From Orbicella franksi (lineage: Eukaryota), in NCBI GenBank assembly GCA_964199315.1, contig OZ116698.1:23002001-23066000 (forward strand): DNA of 64,000 nucleotides. Reading direction: 5' to 3'. Numbering within the stretch: the stretch's first letter is position 1; every line of letters begins with the position of its first letter. A model generated the notes under the pieces. It had not been told where the DNA came from. It ran no database searches and saw only the letters and a list, made by a program, of their open reading frames with translations. Position numbers and translations under genes: made by a program. Positions 62,068 through 64,000 of the stretch are shown here, piece by piece.

Positions 62068-64000
62068 ACCGCTCCATTATCATGTCACGCTTGACACGCA
62101 ATGTCATACCGCTCCGCCATGACTTGTCAATCAGAATTTTCCTTTCCCGAAACTCAAATAATAAGTTCTTTTCTTGAATTTTCAACGTTTTCTTTAAAAA
62201 AAAGTGAAAAATAAACGGCAGCACTGTCCTTGATATCGCACTCGCTATCCATAGAATAACTGAAAAATGCCAAAGTAAAACAGCAACTAGAACGAGAATA
62301 AAACAGGAATAAGGCTAAAATTGGAAACGTCTGACGGCTTCGAACTTCAACAATGCTGAAACGCTTTCAAATCTCTTGAAACGAACTCTGGAGTTCTTGA
62401 CAAAACTAAATAAAACCCGCAGACGTGGAGTAATTTTGTTTCTTCTGCGGTATGCCATTAATATATTGCCCGAATTTGCGGGTAGAAATTAAATTTATGC
62501 GCCTGTCTTGGTGACACAACACTGTTTAGGGGTGTAATGTGTTGTTTTCTAACCCGGAGAGGTTTGTTCTGGAGTACTGCCAAGGCGTAACACTATTGTT
62601 TACGGGCAGTCAACCGTAACAGCCTTGGACAGCCATGGTTATTATAATTCTCTAGTGGTTTTCTGAGAATCAATACACAGCACATTGACTTTGAAGAATA
62701 GCCGCCCTTGGACTGGCGCTCTCGAAAGCGAATATTTTATTGACACCACTTCGAAACCAATTAGTCACTATCGACAAAATCACCTGGGCTTGAACTTAAA
62801 TTTACAAGGCAACGGAGACAGCGATGACAATGGGGCCAAATTCTGCAAATTTATTTGAATCAATTCCAGGTCGATTTCTTATCAACATGTATTCATTTTC
62901 ATTACAGTTATAAAAATACCAAGTGCAAATCGCTTTTTACAATCTATGTGTAAACTGACTTGTCGTTGAAAATAAAAATTGCCACTTGCAACCACAAACA
63001 AAAATCTATGGTTCTTGGATCAAAAAAGAGAAAAAATTAGTATTATATTAAGTGTAATTGTTTTCTCAACGTTTATAAATGGCGATTTCTTAATGTAAAT
63101 TTTAGGGTAAAAAAAAATATAGAACCTCACGCACCTGTTTTCTTATTCACCTGAGTAAAACAGGAAATACCGGTGAAACGCTTTTGATTTCAGTAGACTT
63201 CCGCCTCAGGAAGAAAAATAACAAAGATTCAAACTGAAAACGAGCGGTTTTGGAGCAGTAAGGAACTGTGGTCTAAGTAACAATAACCCCACATTTAGCA
63301 CACGTGCATGAAATCAACACAACAAAGAATATGATTGGTGCAAACTTGAACCATTGAAACCACTGAAAAGCATAAATTATTTAACAAATGAACTAAAAGG
63401 TAGTTCAATTGAATAATGTTTCCTTTTTATAGGAAGCAAAAAGGGTTTCTAATGGTTGAAATTTAACAAAAAAATACACAGACAGGAAATCTGACTTGAC
63501 ATGACATTTTACACATTTTCTTGTGAACAAAAGGTTTTAGGATAAAACTGCGCGAGCGACTGATTATTCTGTCGCGAAGTGAACTGCTTATATGCAAGAA
63601 AACAATGGAAAGTGACAGTATTTCGTAATGTTAAACTCGAAGAGAATCGAAATCGTGGTTGAAATATAAGAAGCGACGGAGAATCTTTGCTTGTTGCGGA
63701 TCAGTGAGTGCCTGAGAAATTTTGAATCAGAATGAAAAAGCGTAAAAGATTTTGTCGCAGTTTAACGCAAGCCACCCGTAGCGAACCGATTTACACCTAT
63801 TTTAAAGGCGACCGTCTGGCAAGCTGACAACTTTAACAGGTTGTGAAAATAATAAAAAAAAATCACTAAAATTAAAGAACTTCGATTACTGAAACAGGGA
63901 ATTAAACGGAGGAGAAAACGCTGATGGCATTCTTGAGTTTCTCGGACGGAGTTGGATTATCGAATCAAGCTACAGAACTGTAAATTCTCGCACAAATCAG

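Overview
Eukaryotic, AT-rich, intron-containing animal genomic DNA; the repeat landscape and gene content suggest a cnidarian, probably a stony coral (inference). I assembled six multi-exon protein-coding genes by hand from GT-AG splice sites, and in each the exon phases add up to an intact reading frame. In window order: a Wnt ligand, most like WntA (minus, 4 exons, 353 aa); CENP-H (minus, 10 exons, 283 aa); TPGS2 (plus, 7 exons, 304 aa), head-to-head with CENP-H; an unassigned basic/Ser-rich protein (minus, 4 exons, about 255 aa); a UPF0235/DUF167 C15orf40-like gene (plus, 2 exons, 131 aa), head-to-head with the unassigned gene; and a ZNF608/ZNF609 (scribbler/brakeless)-like gene (minus, 14 coding exons, about 2021 aa). 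Introns and intergenic DNA carry many MITEs, tRNA-derived SINEs, palindromic non-autonomous elements, a tandemly duplicated RTE-type LINE 3' fragment and microsatellites. I found no tRNA, rRNA or CRISPR locus. I cannot claim a wholly new biological system. The best leads are the orphan gene with cell-cycle-like promoter motifs, a CRE cluster at the Wnt 3' end, a circZNF609-like exon architecture, a fold-back LINE junction, and a CpG-rich versus CpG-depleted domain switch. All homology calls come from remembered family motifs, not from database searches.
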